DNA of 64,000 nucleotides from an uncultured Bacteroidota bacterium (GTDB lineage Bacteria; Bacteroidota; Ignavibacteria; UBA10030; UBA6906): NCBI GenBank assembly GCA_963700635.1, contig CAVOYH010000004.1, positions 736,001 to 800,000 of the forward strand, read 5' to 3'. Shown piece by piece: positions 44,899 to 53,974 of this stretch (position 1 is its first letter; each line of letters starts with the position of its first letter). The notes under the pieces were generated by a model. It saw only the letters and a program-made list of their open reading frames with translations, ran no database searches and was not told where the DNA came from. The position numbers and the translations under genes were made by a program.

Positions 44899-45962
44899 TC
44901 ATACTCGGGATTGCCGGAACCGCAAAGAACACGGGGAAGACCACCACGCTTGCCGCGTTGCTGGAAGAGGGGCGCCGGAGGGGGATACTGCCCGGTTTGA
45001 CAGGGATCGGGTATGACGGCGAAGAGCGGGACACAGTAACAAACCTTCCGAAGCCCCGGATTCAGGTCTATCCGGGCATGGTAGTAACCACCTCAGAACG
45101 ATGTCTGCATGTATCCACGGCACGCGGCGAGATCCTTTCGCGCACCGGTTTTTTTACGCCGCTGGGTGAGGTACTCATCCTTCGTATAACGAAGCCCGGG
45201 CTACTGGTAGTAGCCGGTCCGAATAAAACCGCGGACCTTGCGGCAGTATGTTCGGAGATGGAGGGGGCGGGAGCGGGGATGGTGTTGGTGGATGGATCGT
45301 TAAACCGGATAGCGCCGTTCAGCATAGCGCATGGTGTAGTGTTTGCCACCGGGGCTGCGCGATCGACGGATGTGGAGGTAGTGCGGAGGGAGGTCCTCGG
45401 AATAGAGTCTATTTTTTCGTATGGAACGGCATCAGTCAAGACTCCGGCGCACCGTGGGATCTGGATGGCAGGGGAAGAGGTCAGGGTACATCTGGCGGGG
45501 AGTGGAGTGCACGGGAGGGCGGACATCGAAAACGCGGTAGGCAAGTTGCCTGCTGGAGTCAGATCGATGGAGATATCGGGAGTTATAACAGAGGAAGGAT
45601 TGCGGGCGCTTGCGGGGACAGCGCAGCGTGGGGAGACAGGTGGGGCGTTGATACTGGACGATCCGATAAAGGTGTTGATTGGAGGGGATCCATCGGTAAT
45701 GGCGGGTCATCTTCGGGCATGTGCGGATGCCGGCCTGTCGCCATTGTACCGGGCCCGTCCGTTGTTATGCGGGATCACGGCCAATCCTTCGTACCCGTCG
45801 TTTGACGGGACAGTATATACTCCGGCCAGAGTTGAGGGTGAGGCATTTGTAGGGAGGATCAGGGAAGGTGTTGGGGTTCGTGTGTATGATCTGGTAGGGG
45901 AGGGTGGGGTTGGGGAGTTGTTTGATTCGTGTCTTTCTGCAGTGCAGTTTCCGCAACAATAA
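44895..45962 (+). CDS. KamB-like P-loop protein (aminomutase reactivase subunit-like)
   Basis: GTAKNTGKTT, TGIGYDGE..D.VT..PKPRI, TPLGEV, VDGSLNR, ATGA. Confidence 0.7.
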   Translation: MIILGIAGTAKNTGKTTTLAALLEEGRRRGILPGLTGIGYDGEERDTVTNLPKPRIQVYPGMVVTTSERCLHVSTARGEILSRTGFFTPLGEVLILRITKPGLLVVAGPNKTADLAAVCSEMEGAGAGMVLVDGSLNRIAPFSIAHGVVFATGAARSTDVEVVRREVLGIESIFSYGTASVKTPAHRGIWMAGEEVRVHLAGSGVHGRADIENAVGKLPAGVRSMEISGVITEEGLRALAGTAQRGETGGALILDDPIKVLIGGDPSVMAGHLRACADAGLSPLYRARPLLCGITANPSYPSFDGTVYTPARVEGEAFVGRIREGVGVRVYDLVGEGGVGELFDSCLSAVQFPQQ

Positions 45963-47411
45963 TCTTCTTGACAGTGTAACTCGCGTGCCGCAACCGGGCC
46001 TTCGGCGATGCCCATCCCATTCTGAGGTAGCAGCCAAGGGCTGGAAGGTGTCCACGCCGAACCCTACATTTTCCCCGTGTGGATGAGAACTGTGACAGAC
46101 AAACAGTGTCTGCCTTCGCTGCGGATCTCAGCTCACCCCGGCGGCTTGAGCCCCCCTGAATGCAAGTGTTGACAGTCCAAGCTAGACTCATTAAAGTTCC
46201 TTATAGCTTCAAAATTTACCCCTGATGGAGATCGGGATCTCGTAAGGATTTTGAAATCAAGAGTAAGCTCCGGTATATTATCAGTGTCTCATGTCATATG
46301 CGTGATGGTTCTTGGGTCAGAGGGGAACGAAAGTAGCACGCATAGTCTTTTCGGGACTTATAAGGAAGAAAGTTGCTCAAATTCTTGAGTACAAGGTGAG
46401 CATCCCCCCGTTCATTCGGTCTCCCCAAAAGGCTAATATATCCTGGGAGGCGGGTCCACATGGAAGAACATCGAGCGCGGCAGCGACTAGAACGGCAAAT
46501 CATCCATAATGCTGGGGGGCTATTAGCCTAAGAGTGTCGTAGTGAGTCGTCAGCGTGATGGGATCTGGACGTGGCTTCGTGCAACTCCATCGGTACGATC
46601 GGGAGTTTGCTGAGAATGTCGACCAAGCGTTTTCGGACAAAAGGAACCCTTCTGGTGAAGGAAAGATGAAGTACAATGCTATCGACATGTACCGGAACGA
46701 TCCATCAGCGCAGCTGGGAGGACGGGTCCGGCAGTATCCCGGAGTGGGCATTATGCGTGGCAGAACCAACGGGAAGGGAAAGGTTAGCTCGATGACTGGG
46801 TCGGCTGAGTGAGATTGATGTCCAGATAAAACCAAGGCGCTGGTTTAATCCTGTGGGTACACCCACTTTCTTTTGCACTTTCTGATAAATGTGACTACAT
46901 TCGCGGTATCTGATATTTTGCCTCTATCGAGTGTTATTCCTTCGAGCCCAAGTTAGCCAAATGCAACGCATTAAGTAGACATCGACTTGGCTCGTTCCCC
47001 ATGAGAAGGAGAGAATGTGGCACATGTTGCCATCCCTCGCCTTGAACGTTCGAGACGAAGGTCTCCCGATGAACGCTCGCCTCCTAAACCGGCAGCACAA
47101 TAGTTTCAAGCTGATATCGGACCTCCGCTGCCAGTTGAAATGCACCACCCAGCATTGGCACAGGAGAATCCGCCACCTAGAAAGGGGAAAATCTTAAATT
47201 TTAGGTGCAATTGAATATTCACGCCGAGATAGCCCCAGTCGACAGACATTAGCCCAATTCCTCTATTCGGGCTCCCCAATCGGCTCTGATATTCGTAAAA
47301 ATCAGGAAACCAGTGTAAGATATTAGAAGGGGCGTTGATTTTTCCTCGGCGGATTGGGAGAGCTGTAATATTCGGTCACAGAATTTTCATCTGTCGATTG
47401 GGTCTTGGTGG

Positions 47412-47943
47412 ATGCGAAAAAGCGACCCGGATGTACTAGACACTTACGCAGACTTGATTGCAAAAGCCTATCGGCGCTACAAAGGCTTCTGGATCAATCT
47501 GGCGCGCACCTCCTTGGTAACCCAAGAGGATGGTGAAGATATTGTTCACGGGGTCGTTGGATCGATACTGGCGAGACGCGATATCGGCTTCGAATCGCTC
47601 GAACACGTCCGAAACTACGCTCGCGCGGTCTGTTTTGAACCGTGCCATCCAAATTAGGCAGAGGGCGGTACGAGTGTGTGAATTTGAAGAAGAAGTTTCG
47701 ATCGAAATTGCACCCTTGGAGCAGGTGGAGATTCTTGAGAGGCAGGAGGAGCGTGCTGCGTTACGGGCAGTGATTAATGGGTTGAGTCGACAGGACTATG
47801 AAATCATTAAATTGAGATTCTTTTCCGGACTTACATTTATCGAGATTAGCAGGATGCTTCAAAAGCCAGTATCGACCCTCAAAAGCAGGGAAGACGCTGC
47901 TTTGCGAAGGATCAGAAAGGATATGCAAAAGCGTGCCGGATAG
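47412..47943 (+). CDS. ECF-type RNA polymerase sigma factor, one apparent frameshift near 47620
   Basis: Region 2 'DGEDIVH' in ORF 47412; region 4 'LSRQDYEIIKLRFFSGLTFIEIS...STLKSR...ALRRIR' in ORF 47530. Confidence 0.8.
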
Positions 47944-47980
47944 TAGCGTGGCCTTCAATCTTTGACCCGGAGTCTTCCTG

Positions 47981-48778
47981 ATGAAAAGACATGGCAAATC
48001 TGTTGTCAAGTCATATTCTCTTGTAGATTTTGCTCGCGGACAACTAACCTGCGAAGAATCTCTGGAAATTCTGGGAATTCTCGAGGAAGATTCGACTAGA
48101 TCAGAGGAGCTCGAAATTGTGCTCAGAATGCTTGAGCCCAATTCGGCTGTTGGGAGCTCGGTCATAACCGATGACGAAAAGAAGAAGGCAGGACGCAAGG
48201 CCGTCCGAGATCAGCATACTGGCTTCGAGGTAATAGTCCGTAGTGCTGCGCTCGCAATCCTCGTTGTGGGAACGGCGCTCTTGGCGCAGGAATTTGGAAA
48301 GCCCGAAGGGTTCAATCTTCTTCACGTAAATCCAAATGACATTGACATCAGAACCCGGGGTGAACCCGAAAAGATTGCAGAGATCGCATACGCCTTAATA
48401 TGCGAAGGTGAGAACAAGCGTGCTATGGAACTAGTCGATTGGAGTCTGAGTGCACTTCCGGAAGGTGATGGACGCGCCCATTCACATCTCTTGAAGGGCG
48501 GTCTATTGTTGATGAAGTCGGAAATCTATTACCTGGCAATTTTTTCCCATTTCGATTCGACGCTCGTGCGGCAGGGCTTAAACGAATTAGATCTCGCTCG
48601 CAGGATGTCAGGTCAGAGGAGAGTTATCGAGGGTGCAATTTGGTTGAGCATCAAAGGGAATCTGATGATTGGCGACAGATTCAAGGCGTTGGAACAAATC
48701 GAGGCGTTAGAGTCGAGTGGGGGTGTCCGACATGCGGAAGCAAGTCGGCTAAGGCACTTACTCGATGATTGGGAATGA
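47981..48778 (+). CDS. putative membrane-spanning anti-sigma factor with extracytoplasmic TPR-like region
   Basis: Directly after the ECF gene; degenerate ASD-like N-terminus (LVDFARGQL..EE...I), one TM (SAALAILVVGTALLA), helical repeats. Confidence 0.6.
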   Translation: MKRHGKSVVKSYSLVDFARGQLTCEESLEILGILEEDSTRSEELEIVLRMLEPNSAVGSSVITDDEKKKAGRKAVRDQHTGFEVIVRSAALAILVVGTALLAQEFGKPEGFNLLHVNPNDIDIRTRGEPEKIAEIAYALICEGENKRAMELVDWSLSALPEGDGRAHSHLLKGGLLLMKSEIYYLAIFSHFDSTLVRQGLNELDLARRMSGQRRVIEGAIWLSIKGNLMIGDRFKALEQIEALESSGGVRHAEASRLRHLLDDWE

Positions 48779-48811
48779 CCACGTATTGAAAATCAGAAGG
48801 GTGCACTTGCC

Positions 48812-51800
48812 ATGAGGATCCCCTTAGCATGGGTCTGCCTAGTCCTCTCGGTTCAAATTGGTTCCGCAGCCAGCAAAATTGAGGCTGACCTACATGTTCA
48901 GCTTCGACGGATAATCGGAAAGGGTCATTACGATGAGGCTCTCCGACGTTGTATGAAACTCCTTATTCAACAACCCCAAACAGCTCAGCTCTATGAGATG
49001 AGTGCAGAGATTGGACAATACGGCGGTCAGTTGCCTGAGGTCAGCGCGTTTCTCAGAGAAAGAATTCGTGCCGGTCAAAACGTGCCATATGCATTGTTTG
49101 GGTGTGGGCAAGTCTATTTGAGGGAGGGAAAATGGTCCAATGCCATGCTAATGTTTGAAAGGGCGCAGTCGTTCGATTTGCAGATACCCTCTCTTTATGC
49201 AGGCATGGAACTAGCCTTCGAGAAACTCAACGGCGTGGATGCAGCGATTGAGTACTATCTCGCGTCTTCGCAGCGTGATCCGCGCAATGCAGGGATCTGG
49301 TATTCACTCGCCCTCGCTTATTGGAGCCGAGCCGATCCCGAAAATACTTTATCAGCAATCGATGAGTCCTTGAGACTTTCTGAAAATGAGCCAAGGTTTC
49401 GTCAACTTAAGGCTGGAGCCATGTACACTTGGTTGCTCGATGATCAATCCTTCAAAGCTGCTACCCACGAGATCCAGGCGGCGATAGCCCTTTGTGACTT
49501 CGATGGGGCTGAGTTTGTAAGGTGGTGTCTGGTAGACGGTTTGTCCTCGCAAGGAGAATGGGATCGGGCGTGTGCCATCGCGAAGGAAGCCAATAAGAGC
49601 GTTCGCGAATTCGGGCAAGTTAAGTGGACAGCGCATATCCACCTCGCGTTGGCGGTAAGAGAGCTAGCTCTGGGGGATCTCCATGGTTCATTAAATCATG
49701 CTGATTCTTCAAGTAAATATTTCAGTATGGTAAATGATGTCGATGGACTTCTTTCGAGTCGGGCCATTAAGATTGGAATACTTCGGGAATCTGGATCCGT
49801 TCAAACCGGACTGAAATACTGCTTCGAGGTATTCTCGGATCTTTCCGAAAGGAGCGACTCACGCCTTTGGGGCGGTGCATTCATCGACGCTGCATGGACG
49901 TTCGCTGAGATCGGAGCATTCCGGATCGCTTTGGCGATGGGTATAGAAGCCCAGCGAATTCTCCAGCGGTGTCTCTACGCAGATTATGATCAGGTTAGAT
50001 TGTACACTGCACTTGGACTGATTCACCAGAAAATCGGTAATCTGCCTCTCGCTATTCGATACCAGCGCCGGGCTCTCGGAATCGCCGAAGCTACCAATGC
50101 TCCACGAAATGCGCTATCTACCTGCGTAGGTCAATTGGCCGTCTCATTACTCTTGTTTGGAGACACGCTTGCTGCACGGACGCATTTTCGACGACAACTC
50201 AATCTTGCAAGAAAAGAGGGAGATCCAGGAGAAGAGAAGAAAGCACTGTATCATCTGGCAGAGCTAGATCTCGGGATGGCCTTGTACGGAGCCGCAAGAA
50301 GGAAAATCGAGACGGCCATGGACATTTCTCGAAAACAGAAAGACGATCGGACACTGAAGCAGTGTTACCTTCTCCTCGGCAGGATCGCGGAAAAGGAGGA
50401 AAAGAAGGGTGAAGCAATGTCGCACTACGGCCGCTCATTGAAGTATTTCAATGAGGAGAGAGGACGAAGACATCTCTTCATGATGACGGTGGAGATGAAG
50501 GAATGGTATCTCACTCAACATGAAGAAATAGTAAATGCACTCTGTCGAGTGGGTCTCATTGATGAAGCTTTTGCCTTGATTGAGAGTGTGCGCTGCGACG
50601 CTCAATACAGGTATCACTCTCGTTCATCTGAATCCAGGCGTGAACTTCGTCGTATTGAGGGCACTAGCGATGTAGAACTCATTATCTCCTCGTACAGGAA
50701 AAGTTGTCGCGACATTTCTACTAAAATGGAGGAAGACAAGATTGATTGGAGTCTACTTCTACCCGCGCTGAGGAAGAACCTTGCGATTGTTGACACACTT
50801 CACCAACTTGAAGAGGTGCCGGGTAGGATCCCAGAATTGCCTGCTACCAGAAACGACTCACGTGAAATCATCTCGCACATTCGGAATCGAATTCTGCAGA
50901 AGGGGGATGCACTTGTTGAGTTCTGGGTGGGGCATGTATCGACGGAGCGGTTTCTTTTGACTCGTGATACTCTTGTACATCATAGTTTGATGTTAGAGAA
51001 GGCGAAGTTGAATAAGTGGGTCATTCCCCTATTGGACCATTTTGGCGGAGAGGGGAGCATAAGCGATTCCTACCGAAGAGAGCGTCCCTCCGGGCAGTAC
51101 CAGGCGGAGCTTGTCGCTATTTCAGATTTGCTGCTGGGGGGTCTTCAGAACTTCCTTCTAGAAAAAGGCAACTTGATAGTGGTTGCAGGTCAGCCACTTG
51201 CGAGCTTGCCCTTCGAAGGAATGGTTTTGAGAACCGCGTCGGGGCTGAGGCAGTTGGTCGAAGAATTTGCGATATCGTATGCCCCGTGCATCTTTGCTTT
51301 GGAACCGCTTCCTGACTTGTCAACATTTGATCCAGCCGATCTTCTTGTGCTGGCTAACCCGCTGCCAGACAAGATCGTCGGAATAGATGCAATGATCCAA
51401 GCGGATTCAATTCGTTCGGGTGCTATGACCGATGGATATCGACTAGAACTGCCGGCAGCAGTAAGAGAGGCAGAGAGAATTCGCGCCGTGTTCGGATCTA
51501 CGAGTGTGATAAGGCTTGGACGTGAGGCCTCTGAAGGAGTCATGGCACGCGAATCAGCGCATTTTCGGATTATCCATATCGCTGCACATTCCACGTCACG
51601 CAAGAAGGTAAGCGATAGGCATGCAATCATCTTGTCTCCTGACGAAGAGAATGATGGGATCCTCGAATACAGGGAAATCGCAGCGCTGGATCTCAGAAGT
51701 GACTTGGTTGTGATCACAGGCTGTAGAGCAGGGGAGCCCAGCAGGGCGAACGATTGGGGAAGTCTCGCGGAGGCGTTCATTGAAGCTGGAGCCTCGAGTG

Positions 51801-52129
51801 TTATCGCGACACATTGGGATGTTGAAGATGTGGTTGCTGACAGGCTCTTTGGGCTATTCTACAGTTACCTAAGATCGGGAGAATCGCGTGCGCGCTCTCT
51901 CCAGTTGGCGAAACTATCTCTAATGAAGGATGGATTTACCGATGTGCGACTTTGGTGTGGTTTTCGACTATTCGGAAGGCATCACCCGATCGCTTGGTCA
52001 AAAAGGGATGACGGGGATGCTGTTGAATATCTTCACGCGGCTGCCGTCGCCTCTTTGCTGCTAATGATGGCCTCAGTGGTATTCTACTCGATCCGAAGAA
52101 AGAAAAGGAAATGTCCCTCGGCATCGTAG
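48812..52129 (+). CDS. exported TPR-CHAT (caspase-like, clan CD) protease with C-terminal membrane anchor
   Basis: Signal peptide, TPRs, LASLPFE, LPAAVREA, IIHIAAHS (His), LVVITGC (Cys), AGASSVIATHWDV, C-terminal TM followed by RRKKRK. Confidence 0.88.
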   Translation: MRIPLAWVCLVLSVQIGSAASKIEADLHVQLRRIIGKGHYDEALRRCMKLLIQQPQTAQLYEMSAEIGQYGGQLPEVSAFLRERIRAGQNVPYALFGCGQVYLREGKWSNAMLMFERAQSFDLQIPSLYAGMELAFEKLNGVDAAIEYYLASSQRDPRNAGIWYSLALAYWSRADPENTLSAIDESLRLSENEPRFRQLKAGAMYTWLLDDQSFKAATHEIQAAIALCDFDGAEFVRWCLVDGLSSQGEWDRACAIAKEANKSVREFGQVKWTAHIHLALAVRELALGDLHGSLNHADSSSKYFSMVNDVDGLLSSRAIKIGILRESGSVQTGLKYCFEVFSDLSERSDSRLWGGAFIDAAWTFAEIGAFRIALAMGIEAQRILQRCLYADYDQVRLYTALGLIHQKIGNLPLAIRYQRRALGIAEATNAPRNALSTCVGQLAVSLLLFGDTLAARTHFRRQLNLARKEGDPGEEKKALYHLAELDLGMALYGAARRKIETAMDISRKQKDDRTLKQCYLLLGRIAEKEEKKGEAMSHYGRSLKYFNEERGRRHLFMMTVEMKEWYLTQHEEIVNALCRVGLIDEAFALIESVRCDAQYRYHSRSSESRRELRRIEGTSDVELIISSYRKSCRDISTKMEEDKIDWSLLLPALRKNLAIVDTLHQLEEVPGRIPELPATRNDSREIISHIRNRILQKGDALVEFWVGHVSTERFLLTRDTLVHHSLMLEKAKLNKWVIPLLDHFGGEGSISDSYRRERPSGQYQAELVAISDLLLGGLQNFLLEKGNLIVVAGQPLASLPFEGMVLRTASGLRQLVEEFAISYAPCIFALEPLPDLSTFDPADLLVLANPLPDKIVGIDAMIQADSIRSGAMTDGYRLELPAAVREAERIRAVFGSTSVIRLGREASEGVMARESAHFRIIHIAAHSTSRKKVSDRHAIILSPDEENDGILEYREIAALDLRSDLVVITGCRAGEPSRANDWGSLAEAFIEAGASSVIATHWDVEDVVADRLFGLFYSYLRSGESRARSLQLAKLSLMKDGFTDVRLWCGFRLFGRHHPIAWSKRDDGDAVEYLHAAAVASLLLMMASVVFYSIRRKKRKCPSAS

Positions 52130-52154
52130 GCTGACTCTGGGTATCCAGTTTCAC

Positions 52155-53103
52155 TCACCCCAGCCCAATCGTAAACGGCGCAAGGGCAAAGCCAACTACT
52201 AAGCATCCACAAACAAAACCACCCTACCTGCATCCGCGTGTGATCCAACGGCGCATCATCAGGCAATACCATCGCCCCACGCGTGCGCCGCTCAAAAAAG
52301 ATGAACAAGATCACCGCCCAGAATAACCAACCCGTCCAACCCCACTCGTCACTCATCCCGATCAACGGCAAAAAACCCAATAACCCCAATCCGGCTAACA
52401 CCCCGATCACCACCCGGCCTATGACCACCGACTTCCCCCCAAACATCGCCCGCACAATGTGACCACCATCCAACTGACCAACTGGTATCAAATTCATCGC
52501 CGTCACCAACAACCCGAACCACCCTACACATAAAAATGGATAATGATACATCTCGTTCATCGGCGGAATAAATGCACCGGGTGCCGGAAGGATCGCCTCC
52601 AACCCCGCATACACAAAGTTTCGCCCAAAAGCTAAACCCCCCGCCGGGATCTGACTCAATCCCACATACTCCGGATGTATCTCGTATAAATAGTCAATCG
52701 ATGGCAATGTCAGAAATCCGATCACCAGGTACGCAACACTCACAACAAAACCTGCAATCGGTCCGGCCGCGCCAATGTCCAGTAACGCCCGACGACTCTG
52801 AACCGGCGACCGTAACTGAATTACCGCCCCTAATGTGCCGAACGGAAAAAGACCCAAAACAAAAGAAGGGAAGGGAAGGAAATACGGCAGGGTGGCCTCT
52901 ACCCCGTGCCGCTTCGCCGCAAGATAATGACCCATCTCGTGACTCAATAACATCAATGACAACAGCACGGCGTACGAAATGCCGTACCCAAAATTTGTCA
53001 GCTCTATCGGATTTTTGTTCAACCACGCCACCCCCGCAAAAGCCATGGTCAGAAAGGTCAGAACAAAAAGAGAGGCATGAACAGCAATAGTTCTAATTCT
53101 CAC
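52155..53103 (-). CDS. site-2 protease (M50 family); probable frameshift near 52200 (uncorrected ORF runs to 52084)
   Basis: HEMGH, GTLGA, AGPIAG, NLIPVGQLDGGH; a family-like end 'GFALAPFTIGLG*' lies in another frame. Confidence 0.9.
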
Positions 53104-53247
53104 GTGCCCTGTAGTATACTGAGGATAATAAAAGAGTAGACACTACGCATAAAGGAGAGACCGCCTTTTGAGCTTCTCATAACTTTCTGCATAGTGCCTA
53201 CTCTATGCCACTCACACCACCAAACAACGACCCGCCAGATAGTAGAA

Positions 53248-53508
53248 TTACGGGCGCGGCGAATCGGGGATTACTGGTACGCCGGAAGTGCGTGGGCGCG
53301 GGGAATCCGGAATCACGGGAACACCGCTCGTCCGCTCTCCAACCACCGGGCGCGGGGAATCGGGAATCACAGGCACTCCGCTGGTCCTTGGACGCGGGGA
53401 ATCGGGAATCACAGGGACTCCACTGGCAAACGCTATGGCTGCGTTTGTAGCGGCTACCGCCACTACTGTGATTACCAGTGAACGAAACCGACGAGCGGTC
53501 TTTGACAT
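53248..53508 (-). CDS. 86-aa secreted precursor peptide with four identical SGVPVIPDSPRP cores
   Basis: GGAGGAG RBS; 28-aa signal peptide ending AFA; four cores identical in amino acids but synonymously diverged in DNA. Confidence 0.88.
   Translation of the reverse strand: MSKTARRFRSLVITVVAVAATNAAIAFASGVPVIPDSPRPRTSGVPVIPDSPRPVVGERTSGVPVIPDSPRPRTSGVPVIPDSPRP
53251..53424 (-). repeat. four 36-bp coding repeats separated by 6/18/6-bp linkers
   Basis: Cores at 53389-53424, 53347-53382, 53293-53328, 53251-53286. Confidence 0.92.
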
Positions 53509-53794
53509 AACTCCTCCGTGAAAGAGAAAAGTGACGCTTAGAAAAAAGGTTGATGTGAGTGGTCTTCGCATACCCAGACTCCGCCGCACAATGCGGATGT
53601 ACTCCACCTCAGTACAGGCCCCACCTCAAAATCGGGGACCCTCATAAGAGAGGTGCGTGACTCTGGTCTGTCAATGAAAAACAGGTTTGATGAGGTCAAC
53701 CGGTGAAGCAGGAATCAGAAAAGACACTCTCCCGAATGTCCTCCCCCCGGCTTGACTCATCTGGGGGTGTCTAATAACCTCCATCTGGGTGAGA

Positions 53795-53823
53795 AATATA
53801 GACAGGTCAATGTGCATTGTCAA
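53795..53823 (-). promoter_or_regulatory. sigma70-type promoter facing the repeat-peptide gene
   Basis: Minus strand TTGACA-atgcacattgacctgtc(17)-TATATT. Confidence 0.7.
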
Positions 53824-53974
53824 GTTTTTTTTACAGTTTCGCTTATTTTCTGCGTATAATCGAGGTCGTTTTGGGCGTTTTTTCTGGCACTAAGCTTGTT
53901 ACCTGCCTAACCCTGCGATATCTGTGACCCAAAGCACAGCATTACGGTATTCAAAAAAATTTGCGGTTTTACTC

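Noticed and set aside
45963-52130. Prophage, IS or integrative element
   Set aside because: No integrase, transposase, phage gene, att site or terminal repeat seen; only a composition shift.
52084-52154. Tail-to-tail coding overlap between the CHAT and S2P genes
   Set aside because: The overlap disappears if the probable S2P frameshift near 52200 is corrected, giving a stop at 52155-52157.
53251-53424. 36-bp repeats as a CRISPR array
   Set aside because: Spacers are only 6-18 bp and in frame, repeat variation is purely synonymous, and no cas genes are present. It is a coding repeat.
53248-53508. Classical RiPP (cyanobactin/microviridin-type) precursor
   Set aside because: It has a Sec-like signal peptide rather than a known leader motif, and no YcaO, ATP-grasp, radical SAM or lanthipeptide enzyme lies nearby. 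Modification in trans cannot be excluded.
53479-53508. Twin-arginine (Tat) signal in the peptide precursor
   Set aside because: ARRFRS does not fit the S/T-R-R-x-F-L consensus, and a short unstructured cargo is more consistent with Sec.
53885-53900. Sigma54 promoter-like TGGCACTAAGCTTGTT (and TGGCATAGAGTAGGCA on the minus strand at 53195-53210)
   Set aside because: Each misses part of the -12 TTGC element and the adjacent regulator lacks GAFTGA, so there is too little support to call either.
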